Shown: piece by piece, positions 18,882 through 27,898 of the stretch | Layout of the letters: every line of letters begins with the position of its first letter | Position numbering within the stretch: position 1 is the first letter of the stretch | Sequence record: NC_061451.1 | Direction: 5' to 3' (one strand) | DNA: 64,000 nucleotides | Program-made: the position numbers and the translations under genes | The notes under the pieces: generated by a model | What the model saw: only the letters and a program-made list of their open reading frames with translations | Told to the model about the DNA's origin: nothing | The model's database searches: none

Positions 18882-19419
18882 ATCTTTCGGTGTGTACCTG
18901 ACGTTCATTCTGCGCCATCGCCCGCAAGACATTGGCCTTGCAATGGACACTCAGGGTTGGGTATCAGTTCCTGACTTGCTCGAACGTGCTCAATATAAGA
19001 AGCAGCCAATCACGTTAGAGATGTTGCGTGAAGAAGTTGCTACTGACGGTAAAGGCCGCTTCCAGTTCAACGCTGCCCACTCTCGCATTCGTTGTGTGCA
19101 GGGACATTCAGTTGAGCATGTGATTCTTAATCTAAAGCCGTACACAAATCACAATGACCCGCTGTATCACGGAACGGCCAGCAAGAACGTTGCGTCTATT
19201 CTTGCGCAGGGAATTCTTCGCGGTAAACGTAAACACGTCCACATCGCAACCAACACCGCTACTGCTAAGCAAGTTGGTCAGCGTCACGGTGAACCTGTTG
19301 TGTTTGAGATCGACACGTATGCCATGATTACTCACGGCTATAAGTTCGAACAAGCCGAGAACGGTGTGATTCTTACCGAGCACGTCCCATCCCGATATCT
19401 AAGGTTGGTAGAGTTATGA
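18874..19419 (+). CDS. kptA: RNA 2'-phosphotransferase (Tpt1/KptA)
   Basis: ILRH, GWV, KGRF, IRCVQGHS, LYHGT, R.HVH, NGV.LT..VP..YL signature motifs. Confidence 0.95.
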   Translation: MAKSFGVYLTFILRHRPQDIGLAMDTQGWVSVPDLLERAQYKKQPITLEMLREEVATDGKGRFQFNAAHSRIRCVQGHSVEHVILNLKPYTNHNDPLYHGTASKNVASILAQGILRGKRKHVHIATNTATAKQVGQRHGEPVVFEIDTYAMITHGYKFEQAENGVILTEHVPSRYLRLVEL

Positions 19420-19823
19420 CTGAACAACGAATGAGTTATTGCGGTTCACGTTACATCCGTACATCTTCCGGCAAGTGGTATTTGCTTTTCGAACGAGCAG
19501 CCTGCTTGTGCATCAATCGTCATGGTACCCAGTACTGGCGAGCAGGTACGCAAGTGTGGAAGGATGTGTCTCTCTCAACTCGCGCCACTTTGGAGAACGA
19601 GTTTATCAGTCGTACCCGCAAAGATTTCAGGGAGTCGAAGTCTGCGTACAGCAGATGGGGCAAGGTGATTCGTACACTCATTCTAGGTGCAGGCACTAAC
19701 GAGCATATCCACGATTTAGCGTCGATTCTTGAGTCGCTGAGACAGACGCATATAGGGCGCAAGCAACAGCAACTGCGCACTACATTGGATGAAATAGCTA
19801 TTCAGTCAAGAACTACCCTGTGA
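19416..19823 (+). CDS. Hypothetical protein
   Basis: Coupled ORF. Confidence 0.65.
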   Translation: MTEQRMSYCGSRYIRTSSGKWYLLFERAACLCINRHGTQYWRAGTQVWKDVSLSTRATLENEFISRTRKDFRESKSAYSRWGKVIRTLILGAGTNEHIHDLASILESLRQTHIGRKQQQLRTTLDEIAIQSRTTL

Positions 19824-19829
19824 TATAAT
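19777..19829 (+). promoter_or_regulatory. Bipartite phage promoter copy 4
   Basis: GCACTACATTGGATGAAAT; TGaTATAAT, -10 at 19824; 32-nt spacing. Confidence 0.75.
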
Positions 19830-19880
19830 AGCAGCGAACGCTAAACAGTTTCGTTTAGCTACTTACATGAGGATATGTAT

Positions 19881-19982
19881 ATGATTAACAACTACTGCCC
19901 GTTTCGCGCTGTGATGTACCACGCTTCAATCATCCTTCTCGCCATTTGCTCTGGCGTTGTTTTAGCCCACGCACATTTCTGA
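19881..19982 (+). CDS. 33-aa hydrophobic mini-protein (below ORF-track cutoff)
   Basis: MINNYCPFRAVMYHASIILLAICSGVVLAHAHF; GAGGA RBS; first ORF after promoter 4. Confidence 0.5.
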   Translation: MINNYCPFRAVMYHASIILLAICSGVVLAHAHF

Positions 19983-19989
19983 GGTTATC

Positions 19990-20235
19990 ATGCAAGAGAT
20001 AGAAATTCACGGCGAAGTTGAGATCGCCGACCTCATTGATAGCGAGTCAGTGACTAAGGCAATCGAACGTTTTCAACAAAACCCAACCGAACATAATCGT
20101 GTTCGTATGATCGTGGCAATCTCTGAACATGCTTACGATGAAATGGGAATCACTGTTGATATTTGTGGTAATTCAGATAGCGAGGAAGAAAATCATGATG
20201 CGCAACTTCACAGCAATCCTGCCAGTAACCTGTAA
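19990..20235 (+). CDS. Hypothetical protein
   Basis: GAGG RBS, 81 aa. Confidence 0.65.
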   Translation: MQEIEIHGEVEIADLIDSESVTKAIERFQQNPTEHNRVRMIVAISEHAYDEMGITVDICGNSDSEEENHDAQLHSNPASNL

Positions 20236-21334
20236 TGCCGATTGTTCATTCTGCCCTGAGAAAGAAATGGAGCAGAAAGCTACGAACCGCCAGTGGCTGA
20301 CTAATCTCATTGCGCAGATTAATGATCATGCGGGTGAGTTCGACCACGTTTCTATTTCCGGCGGTGAACCTACGCTCAAGCCAAAGTTCCTGTTTGAAGT
20401 GATCGATGCGATTCGCACTCAAACGGATATCGATAAAGTTGGACTCACGTCAAATGGTCGCTTCCTGAATAAGCAAGACAGCATCTTCCAGTTCCTTGAT
20501 CTGAACACAGACGACATGCTGGAAAGCAAGCTGTCCCATCTGAATATCAGCCGTCATTCATTCGACGATGCCAAGAACAACGAGATCATGAAAGTGCGTT
20601 ACACGTACACGCTTGATGACCTCGTGAAGTTTAGACGTCAACTCGGCACAAAGCTGAGCTTCCACATTAACTTTGTTATCAACGAGCACAACATCGATAA
20701 CATTGAGTGGGAGTTTGCCCAGGCTAATCGATTCATGATGGAGAACCCGTGGATCGATGTAGTGTTCCGCGTTGACTATGCGAACGAAAAGCTGAATCGT
20801 CGTCTGCGTCGTTACGGCCTGTCTGTGCAAGCGTGGCGTGATGCAACTCGCGGCTCTATTCGTGAAGAACGCATAGCGCGTGAGAATCTGAAAAAGAAAC
20901 CCAAACTCGTTCAGTTGTTTGATGGCGTGTTCAGCGGCACAACACAGGACAATGACGGTACATTTACCGATGCGTGTCCAAGCTGTTTCGTACATCGCAG
21001 CCAGAAGATTCATAACAACCACGCGTGGCTCAAAGCATCCTCGTACGAACCGAACGTAGACGAAGAGGAATACACTGAGTACGTGTTCCACATGGACGGT
21101 GAGCTTTACTACGACTGGTCGCGTGCTGAGCCTGTGCCTGACGTAGAGAAGAAACCACGCAAACACAAAGCCATTCGCATTGTCCAGAGAGAAGTGGAAG
21201 AAGATGATATGGATGAAGACATTCCTGCATCTTCTCGTATGGGTTGTCAGTATAGAACTGTCGGATGTTCTTACGGTGAATCAGAATCTGCTGGTGGCTG
21301 CTCATTTAGAACTACTGGCAGCTGTAGCTTTTAA
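20195..21334 (+). CDS. Radical SAM enzyme with C-terminal Cys/aromatic repeat tail
   Basis: CNADCSFC (CxxxCxxC), SISGGEPT, GLTSNG, LNISRH, CPSC; start at ATG 20195 after GAGG. Confidence 0.9.
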   Translation: MMRNFTAILPVTCNADCSFCPEKEMEQKATNRQWLTNLIAQINDHAGEFDHVSISGGEPTLKPKFLFEVIDAIRTQTDIDKVGLTSNGRFLNKQDSIFQFLDLNTDDMLESKLSHLNISRHSFDDAKNNEIMKVRYTYTLDDLVKFRRQLGTKLSFHINFVINEHNIDNIEWEFAQANRFMMENPWIDVVFRVDYANEKLNRRLRRYGLSVQAWRDATRGSIREERIARENLKKKPKLVQLFDGVFSGTTQDNDGTFTDACPSCFVHRSQKIHNNHAWLKASSYEPNVDEEEYTEYVFHMDGELYYDWSRAEPVPDVEKKPRKHKAIRIVQREVEEDDMDEDIPASSRMGCQYRTVGCSYGESESAGGCSFRTTGSCSF

Positions 21335-21347
21335 TTAAGGAAAGATT

Positions 21348-21584
21348 ATGTCAGATCCAAAACCAAAACCAGAAGTAACAAAAGCTGATCTCCAACATCT
21401 GCTGCACGTAGCAGGTGCGTATGAAGGCAACGACCGCCATCGCTGGTACGCAATGTTCGTCGTGCTCAAACTGAAACGTCAGATGGACGGTCAGAACCTG
21501 CCTCGCTCTTGTGCTCATATTACGCATGAGAGCCAAGACTACGAGATCGAAGAGGCTTGCTACAAGCTGGGGTATTTATCATGA
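21348..21584 (+). CDS. Hypothetical protein
   Basis: AAGG RBS. Confidence 0.65.
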   Translation: MSDPKPKPEVTKADLQHLLHVAGAYEGNDRHRWYAMFVVLKLKRQMDGQNLPRSCAHITHESQDYEIEEACYKLGYLS

Positions 21585-21946
21585 AAGAGCGCCGTAACTA
21601 TTACTGGGATAGCCCGTTCTATTACGGGCTGATACTCTGGCGTAAGCGTATGCGCAATGTCGTGCTGTTTCTGATTGCTATCTTAATCTATCATGGCACG
21701 CACGCACCTGCCGTTGAGAACATGTGGATGTGGACAGGCACTATCTTCGGCATTCTCTTTCTCGTCTGCTATATCAAGATGTGGGAATACGAGCGCATGA
21801 TTCTCGAAGCTATGGGGCCGCTGAATAATAACTGCGTTATCGGTGCTCTTAACTTTGAGAGTCTTGAGCGCCGCCATGCTGTTTGGTATCGGAAGAAATT
21901 TAAATCCGAACCACCTAAGACTAACACGTATTCGAGGGAAAACTAA
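21581..21946 (+). CDS. Membrane protein (2 TM)
   Basis: VVLFLIAILIY and WMWTGTIFGILFLVCY helices. Confidence 0.7.
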   Translation: MKERRNYYWDSPFYYGLILWRKRMRNVVLFLIAILIYHGTHAPAVENMWMWTGTIFGILFLVCYIKMWEYERMILEAMGPLNNNCVIGALNFESLERRHAVWYRKKFKSEPPKTNTYSREN

Positions 21947-22308
21947 TGCCACGTATGTTCACACAAACTCATCGCAACAAATATAAACTGACCGAAGCTG
22001 ATGCAGACTATCACGGTGATGCCTGCGAAGCTGTCTACCTTGAAGGTATGGAGTTACTCAAAGAGCTTCACTATCTGAAAGGGCTTCTGCATGATCGTCA
22101 CATTGCAGAAAAGCCGATGCCCATTCCTCCTGAGTCTAAGCGTTGGTCAAAGTGGATGGCTTGCACGAAAATGTCACAGCTTGATGTGCGCTCCACTGAC
22201 CGTCTGCGCAAGCGCTATCGTCGTGTCATGGAAGAACTCAAGATTGCCCGCGTGTCTTATACGTTGCTGCACACGGCACGACATGCACCGGCGGTCGAGG
22301 TTAAGTAA
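21946..22308 (+). CDS. Hypothetical protein
   Basis: TAATG coupling. Confidence 0.7.
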   Translation: MPRMFTQTHRNKYKLTEADADYHGDACEAVYLEGMELLKELHYLKGLLHDRHIAEKPMPIPPESKRWSKWMACTKMSQLDVRSTDRLRKRYRRVMEELKIARVSYTLLHTARHAPAVEVK

Positions 22309-22589
22309 TGCAGTTTACTTCAAAAGAAGAAATAGACGAAACGTATGCAATGGTTGTTCATGCCATGCTGGCCGCCCTTGTGCCTGACGATACTCGCACA
22401 AAAGACCAACGCGTTCTCGACTACGTGGCGAAGCACTTAGCGCCCAATAACATTTTTGACAGGGATCTGTTTAGCATTACATTTGAACATCGGTTCAAGT
22501 TTCAAACAACACACAGGATGATGCGCAATGCTAAAGTGAGCGGCGCACCTTTTCTATATCTAAAGCAGGCTCATAGCCTAAAGAATTGA
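22308..22589 (+). CDS. Hypothetical protein
   Basis: TAATG coupling. Confidence 0.65.
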   Translation: MQFTSKEEIDETYAMVVHAMLAALVPDDTRTKDQRVLDYVAKHLAPNNIFDRDLFSITFEHRFKFQTTHRMMRNAKVSGAPFLYLKQAHSLKN

Positions 22590-22599
22590 GGTTAGTATC

Positions 22600-22863
22600 A
22601 TGGCAGTAGGTTTCGCCAAAGATGATGACGTGTCCAACACCGTCGAAACAAACGTGCTGAATGAAATCGACCGCGCTCGTTCTGAGTTGCGTGGCGCTGG
22701 TAGTTCGCATTGTATCAACCCTGACTGTGGTGCAGAGATTCCACTCATGCGCCGCGTAGCAATGCCGAACGCTCGCTACTGCGTTAGCTGTCAAGCACAC
22801 CACGACGGTACGCCGACTGCTGGCTACAATCGTCGTGGTTCCAAAGATTCTCAACTGAGGTAG
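22600..22863 (+). CDS. DksA/TraR-family C4 zinc-finger protein
   Basis: CINPDCGAEIPLMRRVAMPNARYCVSCQ; N-terminus MAVGFAKDD; short TraR/YbiI-like size. Confidence 0.9.
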   Translation: MAVGFAKDDDVSNTVETNVLNEIDRARSELRGAGSSHCINPDCGAEIPLMRRVAMPNARYCVSCQAHHDGTPTAGYNRRGSKDSQLR

Positions 22864-22868
22864 AAACT

Positions 22869-23177
22869 ATGTTAAGCAAACTTTGGGCTGCCTTAGGGAT
22901 AACTTATCCGTCAGTCGATAGCGCCCTACTCAAGAATGCAAAGTGTGTGCGTATAGGTCAGGACGGCTACTGCATTCGCTCTGCTTCTGGTTTTGCAGAA
23001 GCACTTACCCATCATATGGCCCGAGACTATGTTACTTTGGCCTCTGACACTGAGGCTAGAAAGAAGATTGTTGACCGAGCACAGTCTTTGACATACCCAT
23101 GCGTTGTTTGGTTCACTGGTCATGATTTTAATTCTATGTCTGTGGGTGATCCAAACATGGCCTACCCGGTACAATAG
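22869..23177 (+). CDS. Hypothetical protein
   Basis: ORF in array. Confidence 0.6.
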   Translation: MLSKLWAALGITYPSVDSALLKNAKCVRIGQDGYCIRSASGFAEALTHHMARDYVTLASDTEARKKIVDRAQSLTYPCVVWFTGHDFNSMSVGDPNMAYPVQ

Positions 23178-23196
23178 AAAACACGTGGAGAATAAA

Positions 23197-23337
23197 ATGT
23201 CCGAACCAGACAGAGAGAGTGAAGTACCTTGTGCGCGATGCACTAAGCCCACACCTGTTGTTGATTTGGGTGGGCCTTACGGTGATCTGTGTGATGACTG
23301 TGTAACGCTGATGCGTGAAGAACAGGAGGAAGAATGA
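23197..23337 (+). CDS. Small CxxC...CxxC zinc-finger protein
   Basis: CARC...CDDC; ATG 23197 after GGAG. Confidence 0.6.
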   Translation: MSEPDRESEVPCARCTKPTPVVDLGGPYGDLCDDCVTLMREEQEEE

Positions 23338-23516
23338 AACTGTCCGAATCTGAGTTAGAGTCTTTGCGTTTTCGTATGCGTCTGCGTGAGCAACCCAAGC
23401 CGATGCCTGACACGCACAAAATGCCAGACAAGAAGTTTGACAGTCATAAGCTGGACAAGTCCACTGATATGACGCTCGGCGATGTTCGCCACCACTTCCC
23501 TCCAAAAGGAAATTGA
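23334..23516 (+). CDS. Small hypothetical protein
   Basis: ATGA coupling, GGAGG RBS. Confidence 0.55.
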   Translation: MKLSESELESLRFRMRLREQPKPMPDTHKMPDKKFDSHKLDKSTDMTLGDVRHHFPPKGN

Positions 23517-23517
23517 A

Positions 23518-23850
23518 ATGGAAGAGATTCTTGATGTTGACAGCAAGATGTATGCTGTCTATGACGGTCACGTTGTTACCAACTATCATCATGAAGGTAG
23601 CGGCGTGATGTACATCGAAGACAGCTTCTGGCTCAGCTTGAATCTGCGCGATGATCTTTTCCCTGCGCCTGCAACTCGTTTGGCGCATTACAAAAACATA
23701 CACACTCGTTCTATTGATCGCGTCCGTGTTAGCACCCTTCAGGATATACGCGAATCCTTGTATAAGGTTCGTCACTATATTCGTTGGTTCGAGTATATCT
23801 CCGAAGATAAGCTGCAAGGTTTGCAGCACCTGTTCCGCGAACCTGATTAA
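23518..23850 (+). CDS. Hypothetical protein
   Basis: ATG 23518 after AAGG. Confidence 0.65.
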   Translation: MEEILDVDSKMYAVYDGHVVTNYHHEGSGVMYIEDSFWLSLNLRDDLFPAPATRLAHYKNIHTRSIDRVRVSTLQDIRESLYKVRHYIRWFEYISEDKLQGLQHLFREPD

Positions 23851-23947
23851 AGGTAACGCTCATGTGTTTGCTAGTCAATTTCCTCAAGGACGAGGGTACG
23901 ATGCGTATCTGTAAACGTATACAACAACCCAACTAAAGGTAGCGATC

Positions 23948-24313
23948 ATGATTTCTCGAATCAGTAATCTCCTCTTTGCCGAATCAATGTCCGTTGAGCA
24001 GTTAGCGCAGGCATTGCGTATTGAAAACTTCAACGCGACTGTTCGTGGTGAGTTCAAGTTGGTTGCTGGCACTAACTCCAGTGGCTATATTACTTCTGCA
24101 CTGTCAGGCCCTGTCGAAGTGCTGCGCGACCTGAAAGGCGTTCAGACTTTGAAAGATGCAGGATTCTCTGACCCTGACATTGCACTCGCTCTCGGCATCG
24201 ACCGTTTGCGTCTCAAGAAAGTTTATAACGAGGCACGCAAGAGCAACAAGAAGCCTGTTGAGCCGGCTCCAGTGCAGCGTACCTCTAAAGCAATTTCACT
24301 CGACGATCTGTAA
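23948..24313 (+). CDS. Putative HTH DNA-binding protein
   Basis: LKDAGFSDPDIALALGIDRLRLKKVY fits an HTH pattern. Confidence 0.5.
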   Translation: MISRISNLLFAESMSVEQLAQALRIENFNATVRGEFKLVAGTNSSGYITSALSGPVEVLRDLKGVQTLKDAGFSDPDIALALGIDRLRLKKVYNEARKSNKKPVEPAPVQRTSKAISLDDL

Positions 24314-24323
24314 GGAAACAATC

Positions 24324-25028
24324 ATGACAAGTAAATTTGAAAAGTCGGATGCATCTACTCGCCGCGCCGAACTGCTGGTACTGATGTGTGAGATCTACAC
24401 GTCATTGCGTGACCAGTCGTTGTCTGAGTCAGAGACAAAAGCCTTTGCGTTGTTCAAAGACATTATGGATTTGGCTGACGTGCGCACAGTCGATGCCGTG
24501 TTTTCTGAAATCGAACACGAACTGGATCCTAAAGTTGAAGGTCTGCTGAATTATGTCCACAGAACGTTTATGCTGCATGACACTCTGTGCAAAGCTGAGG
24601 CAGAAGCCGCAGCAAAACTCAAAGCTGAGGAGGCGCGTGAGCATGTACGCAAACACACGTACAAGCCTCCTGTGGAAAAGCTCATTAGTAAAGAGCAGAT
24701 AACCGAACTGTGTGCAGGCCTGACTGCATACGTTGAACGCGAAGATGTTCGACCTAAAGTCAACGTCGATCTTATCGATGATATCCTCGAATCGTTGGAC
24801 AAGAACTACACGTTCATCGACACGCTCGACCTGTCCAATCACCTTGAAGGTGAAGATCTGAAAACTGCCGTCAAGCTGATTGAAGACGCAGTGACCGAGA
24901 GCCACCAACCACTGAAAGAAGTCATGGACACTATCTGGTGCCACATGGCTAAACGCGATTTGCCTGCCGTTGACTTCTTTGACCAATACGGCAATGCCGA
25001 AGATGAGAACTATGCACTTGCACCTTAA
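24324..25028 (+). CDS. Helical hypothetical protein
   Basis: ATG 24324 after AAGG. Confidence 0.75.
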   Translation: MTSKFEKSDASTRRAELLVLMCEIYTSLRDQSLSESETKAFALFKDIMDLADVRTVDAVFSEIEHELDPKVEGLLNYVHRTFMLHDTLCKAEAEAAAKLKAEEAREHVRKHTYKPPVEKLISKEQITELCAGLTAYVEREDVRPKVNVDLIDDILESLDKNYTFIDTLDLSNHLEGEDLKTAVKLIEDAVTESHQPLKEVMDTIWCHMAKRDLPAVDFFDQYGNAEDENYALAP

Positions 25029-25209
25029 ACGTTATTGGCGGGCACTCATTGTGTTGCTCGTCGTTTTCATCATTAGTTGTTTGCTGCCCATTCTTGAAGT
25101 GCGCAACCCAACACTGACTCTTATCGTGGTCGTGATTGTTGCCTGCTACTTCATTGCAGTCTGGGCATACAAACCTGTTAAAGCAATTAAGGAAGAGTTG
25201 GATGACTAG
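25012..25209 (+). CDS. Small membrane protein (2 TM)
   Basis: ALIVLLVVFIISCLL and LTLIVVVIVACYFIAVW. Confidence 0.65.
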   Translation: MHLHLKRYWRALIVLLVVFIISCLLPILEVRNPTLTLIVVVIVACYFIAVWAYKPVKAIKEELDD

Positions 25210-25759
25210 TCGTAAGAACGAGGTCAAGTTGACTGACGCTGAGATAGCCGCAGGCGCACGGCAGATACTTGAGATGCTGGTTAGTATGCGTCTCAGTGCG
25301 CATCATCAGGATGTCGGCTATGAAACGCTGTACACCGATTCTTTGGGTGAGACGCAGGGCGGTTGGTACGTAGCATTCGACAGCATGAGCCGTACTCGAC
25401 TCAAAGAATCCAAAGCTGTATCGTGGCGCAACGTTGGCATGGTCTCTGGTGATTCGCTCGAAGATGTTCTCACAACGCTACGAACGCTCCGCCGCGATAT
25501 GTCCAATCGCGTACATGCGCCCACACCAGAAGAACGTGAGCGCGTACTCAACTTGCGTGATAGCAACATACGCAACGCACTGACTAAGTTCCACAAGGGT
25601 GAGTCGCTGTCTGATGGTGAACTCAACCTGAGCATTAAGCATTTTCAGTCGTTAGAGAATGCGCTTCGCGTAGATGAGTTGTTGCAACTTGCAGCACCCT
25701 ACATTACTCAGAATCTCAACGTGCTCTTAGGATATAAAGAAGCACGCCGTCGCAAATAA
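25202..25759 (+). CDS. Hypothetical protein
   Basis: ATG 25202 overlapping upstream stop. Confidence 0.7.
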   Translation: MTSRKNEVKLTDAEIAAGARQILEMLVSMRLSAHHQDVGYETLYTDSLGETQGGWYVAFDSMSRTRLKESKAVSWRNVGMVSGDSLEDVLTTLRTLRRDMSNRVHAPTPEERERVLNLRDSNIRNALTKFHKGESLSDGELNLSIKHFQSLENALRVDELLQLAAPYITQNLNVLLGYKEARRRK

Positions 25760-25764
25760 CAATC

Positions 25765-25796
25765 GGGAGATCCCTAACAAGGGGTTTCCCTTTTTG
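25765..25796 (+). terminator. Intrinsic terminator
   Basis: GGGAGATCCC-TAACAA-GGGGTTTCCC-TTTTT. Confidence 0.7.
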
Positions 25797-25815
25797 CATT
25801 TCTGGAGCAAATTTT

Positions 25816-26796
25816 ATGCGTTTTGGTTTCGCCTGCAAACTGCTTGATGACAACGGTAAACAACCGTACACGAACAAGAGCCTGAGCTATGCTCACTTCT
25901 CCAAGCTGTCTCAGACAGAGCAGCAAGAAAAGCTGGTGCTCGTCGTCACACACAATCTGACCTCGTTACTTGAGATGATCAGACACGTTGGTCGTCTGCG
26001 TACAGACTTGCGCATGTTTCGAATCACAAGCGAGCTACTTCCGCTGTTCACGCACCCGATGGTCACACGCATGTATCTCCAAACACACATGACCAAACTG
26101 ACAGACACGATGTTGGCAACATGTGGTGCAGCGGCTAGACGTCTTGGTGTTCGACTGTCATTCCACCCTGGTCAGTTTACCGTGCTTGCGTCTGACCGAC
26201 CCGACGTTATGCTCAACTCGATTAACGAAATGGAATATCACGCCTACTGTGCGCAGGCTATGGGCTACGGTCGTAAGTTCCAAGATTTCAAAATCAACAT
26301 TCATTTGAGTGGTCGTCGTGGTGCCACAGGTTTCAGAGACGCCTACTCTCGTCTAAGCGATCATTGTCGCAAGATGATCACGGTAGAGAATGACGAGTAC
26401 ACTTCCTCGATCGAGGATTGTCTTGAGCTTGCCGACATTTGTCCTGTTGTTCTCGACATTCACCATCACTGGGTAATGACTAACGAATACATTCAGCCGA
26501 CCGATGATCGTGTTCAACGTGTCATTGACTCGTGGCGAGGCGTTCGCCCTGTTGCGCATTACTCTGTGTCACGCCCAGAGTTCATACCGTCTACAGGTCT
26601 GCCTGATCAGAACAAGCTAGAAGCAAAGTCTGCCTCGCTGCGTGCTCATTCTGACTACTACCACAATGACAGCGTAAACGAGTGGGCCCTCAGCTTCGAG
26701 CAATTCGACCTGATGTGCGAGTCTAAAGCGAAGAATCTAGCACGCACGAAACTAGCCCTTTTTAAGGGCAACTCTGCACAAATATGGTCAAAATAA
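25816..26796 (+). CDS. uvsE: UV DNA damage endonuclease (UVDE)
   Basis: GFACK, MFRITS, RLSFHPGQF, INIH, VENDE, VLDIHHHW, AHYS, AHSDY, MCESKAKNLA motifs. Confidence 0.95.
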   Translation: MRFGFACKLLDDNGKQPYTNKSLSYAHFSKLSQTEQQEKLVLVVTHNLTSLLEMIRHVGRLRTDLRMFRITSELLPLFTHPMVTRMYLQTHMTKLTDTMLATCGAAARRLGVRLSFHPGQFTVLASDRPDVMLNSINEMEYHAYCAQAMGYGRKFQDFKINIHLSGRRGATGFRDAYSRLSDHCRKMITVENDEYTSSIEDCLELADICPVVLDIHHHWVMTNEYIQPTDDRVQRVIDSWRGVRPVAHYSVSRPEFIPSTGLPDQNKLEAKSASLRAHSDYYHNDSVNEWALSFEQFDLMCESKAKNLARTKLALFKGNSAQIWSK

Positions 26797-26829
26797 GGCT
26801 TGTTTTAGAAGGTGCCCCTATGATACACT
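26776..26829 (+). promoter_or_regulatory. Bipartite phage promoter copy 5
   Basis: GCACAAATATGGTCAAAAT; TGaTACACT, -10 at 26824; 33-nt spacing. Confidence 0.75.
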
Positions 26830-26880
26830 GATTACGAGCACTGTATGCTCGTTTCTACTGATTCAAGAGGATAAGACAAT

Positions 26881-27177
26881 ATGTTCATTACAACTCTAAA
26901 CGCAAACACTGCGAAACCTGCACCGAAAGCAATCAACCACATGAACCTCGACCTTGCACCTTCTGGTCGCATTTCTTGTGTCTGGCCTGGCGCACTCGAT
27001 GTTCCTGCGAACATCAAACGTTTCTGCCGTGCTTGTGAAATCATTACCGACCTTGACCCATGTATGCGTCTTCGTTTCAAAGGTCGTCGCTCTGACGTTC
27101 TGGCGCTCATTACCAAGATCGCTCCTGACAACCCTGACCTCGCAGCGCGAATTGCGGGCACTATCACTGAGGCTTAA
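26881..27177 (+). CDS. Hypothetical protein
   Basis: GAGG RBS; first gene after promoter 5. Confidence 0.75.
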   Translation: MFITTLNANTAKPAPKAINHMNLDLAPSGRISCVWPGALDVPANIKRFCRACEIITDLDPCMRLRFKGRRSDVLALITKIAPDNPDLAARIAGTITEA

Positions 27178-27178
27178 A

Positions 27179-27442
27179 ATGAAAATCCCCTGTCTGAATG
27201 CTGTGTATGGTATTACGAACACCAATACTCCACTCGTGGATAAACGCGGCTTTCGTTGTATTGAATCGAAATATGTTGACGGAACGGAGGTTAGATTACA
27301 ACGACAAGCCCATGACATTCATGAACGTGTGGTAGTGGCCTATGACCAGTATGGTCGTGCAGTGTATGGAACACTGACTCCGCCCGCATCGTTCGAAGTG
27401 CGTGACAGCAAGGAAAGCGACCAATATAACAAGGCGCCCTAG
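27179..27442 (+). CDS. Hypothetical protein
   Basis: ATG 27179 right after upstream stop. Confidence 0.6.
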   Translation: MKIPCLNAVYGITNTNTPLVDKRGFRCIESKYVDGTEVRLQRQAHDIHERVVVAYDQYGRAVYGTLTPPASFEVRDSKESDQYNKAP

Positions 27443-27520
27443 CAAGCTCACAACGAAGCCATAGAATGAATACTAAGAAGTCTAACAATTCATGCGCTGA
27501 CCTACTCGTGGGGTGTCAAA

Positions 27521-27898
27521 ATGATCGTAGTATGTAACTCTTCAAAGGAATTTTCTGTTGAACGTTTGAAACACGGGGACGCATTTGTATTCGGCAAGAC
27601 GCGAATGCTTCTGCGAGCGGACTATCTGATACTAACAGATAAGCACAATGCTTTTTACGTGGTTCGCAAATCTGATGTTGTTTGGGCTCCCGAATTAACT
27701 GGCGCTACGCACATGATTAAGATCAGGGCGTATGCCCAGATTAAGCCGTTCGAACTCCATGCAGCATGTCCACAGTTCAATGGTCGTGTTTACGGAACAA
27801 TCGCTTTCCGTAACCCACACTTTGAACATAGAATGAATACACTTCGTTATAGTGAGACAATCTTTGGAGGTCAACATGGCACGGTATCATGTGTTTAG
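27521..27898 (+). CDS. Hypothetical protein
   Basis: 125 aa ORF. Confidence 0.6.
   Translation: MIVVCNSSKEFSVERLKHGDAFVFGKTRMLLRADYLILTDKHNAFYVVRKSDVVWAPELTGATHMIKIRAYAQIKPFELHAACPQFNGRVYGTIAFRNPHFEHRMNTLRYSETIFGGQHGTVSCV

Noticed and set aside
20129-20194. Long 5' extensions in the ORF track (also 4818, 17284, 24156, 33643, 52898, 54945)
   Set aside because: They overlap upstream genes or promoters; internal starts with good Shine-Dalgarno sites were preferred
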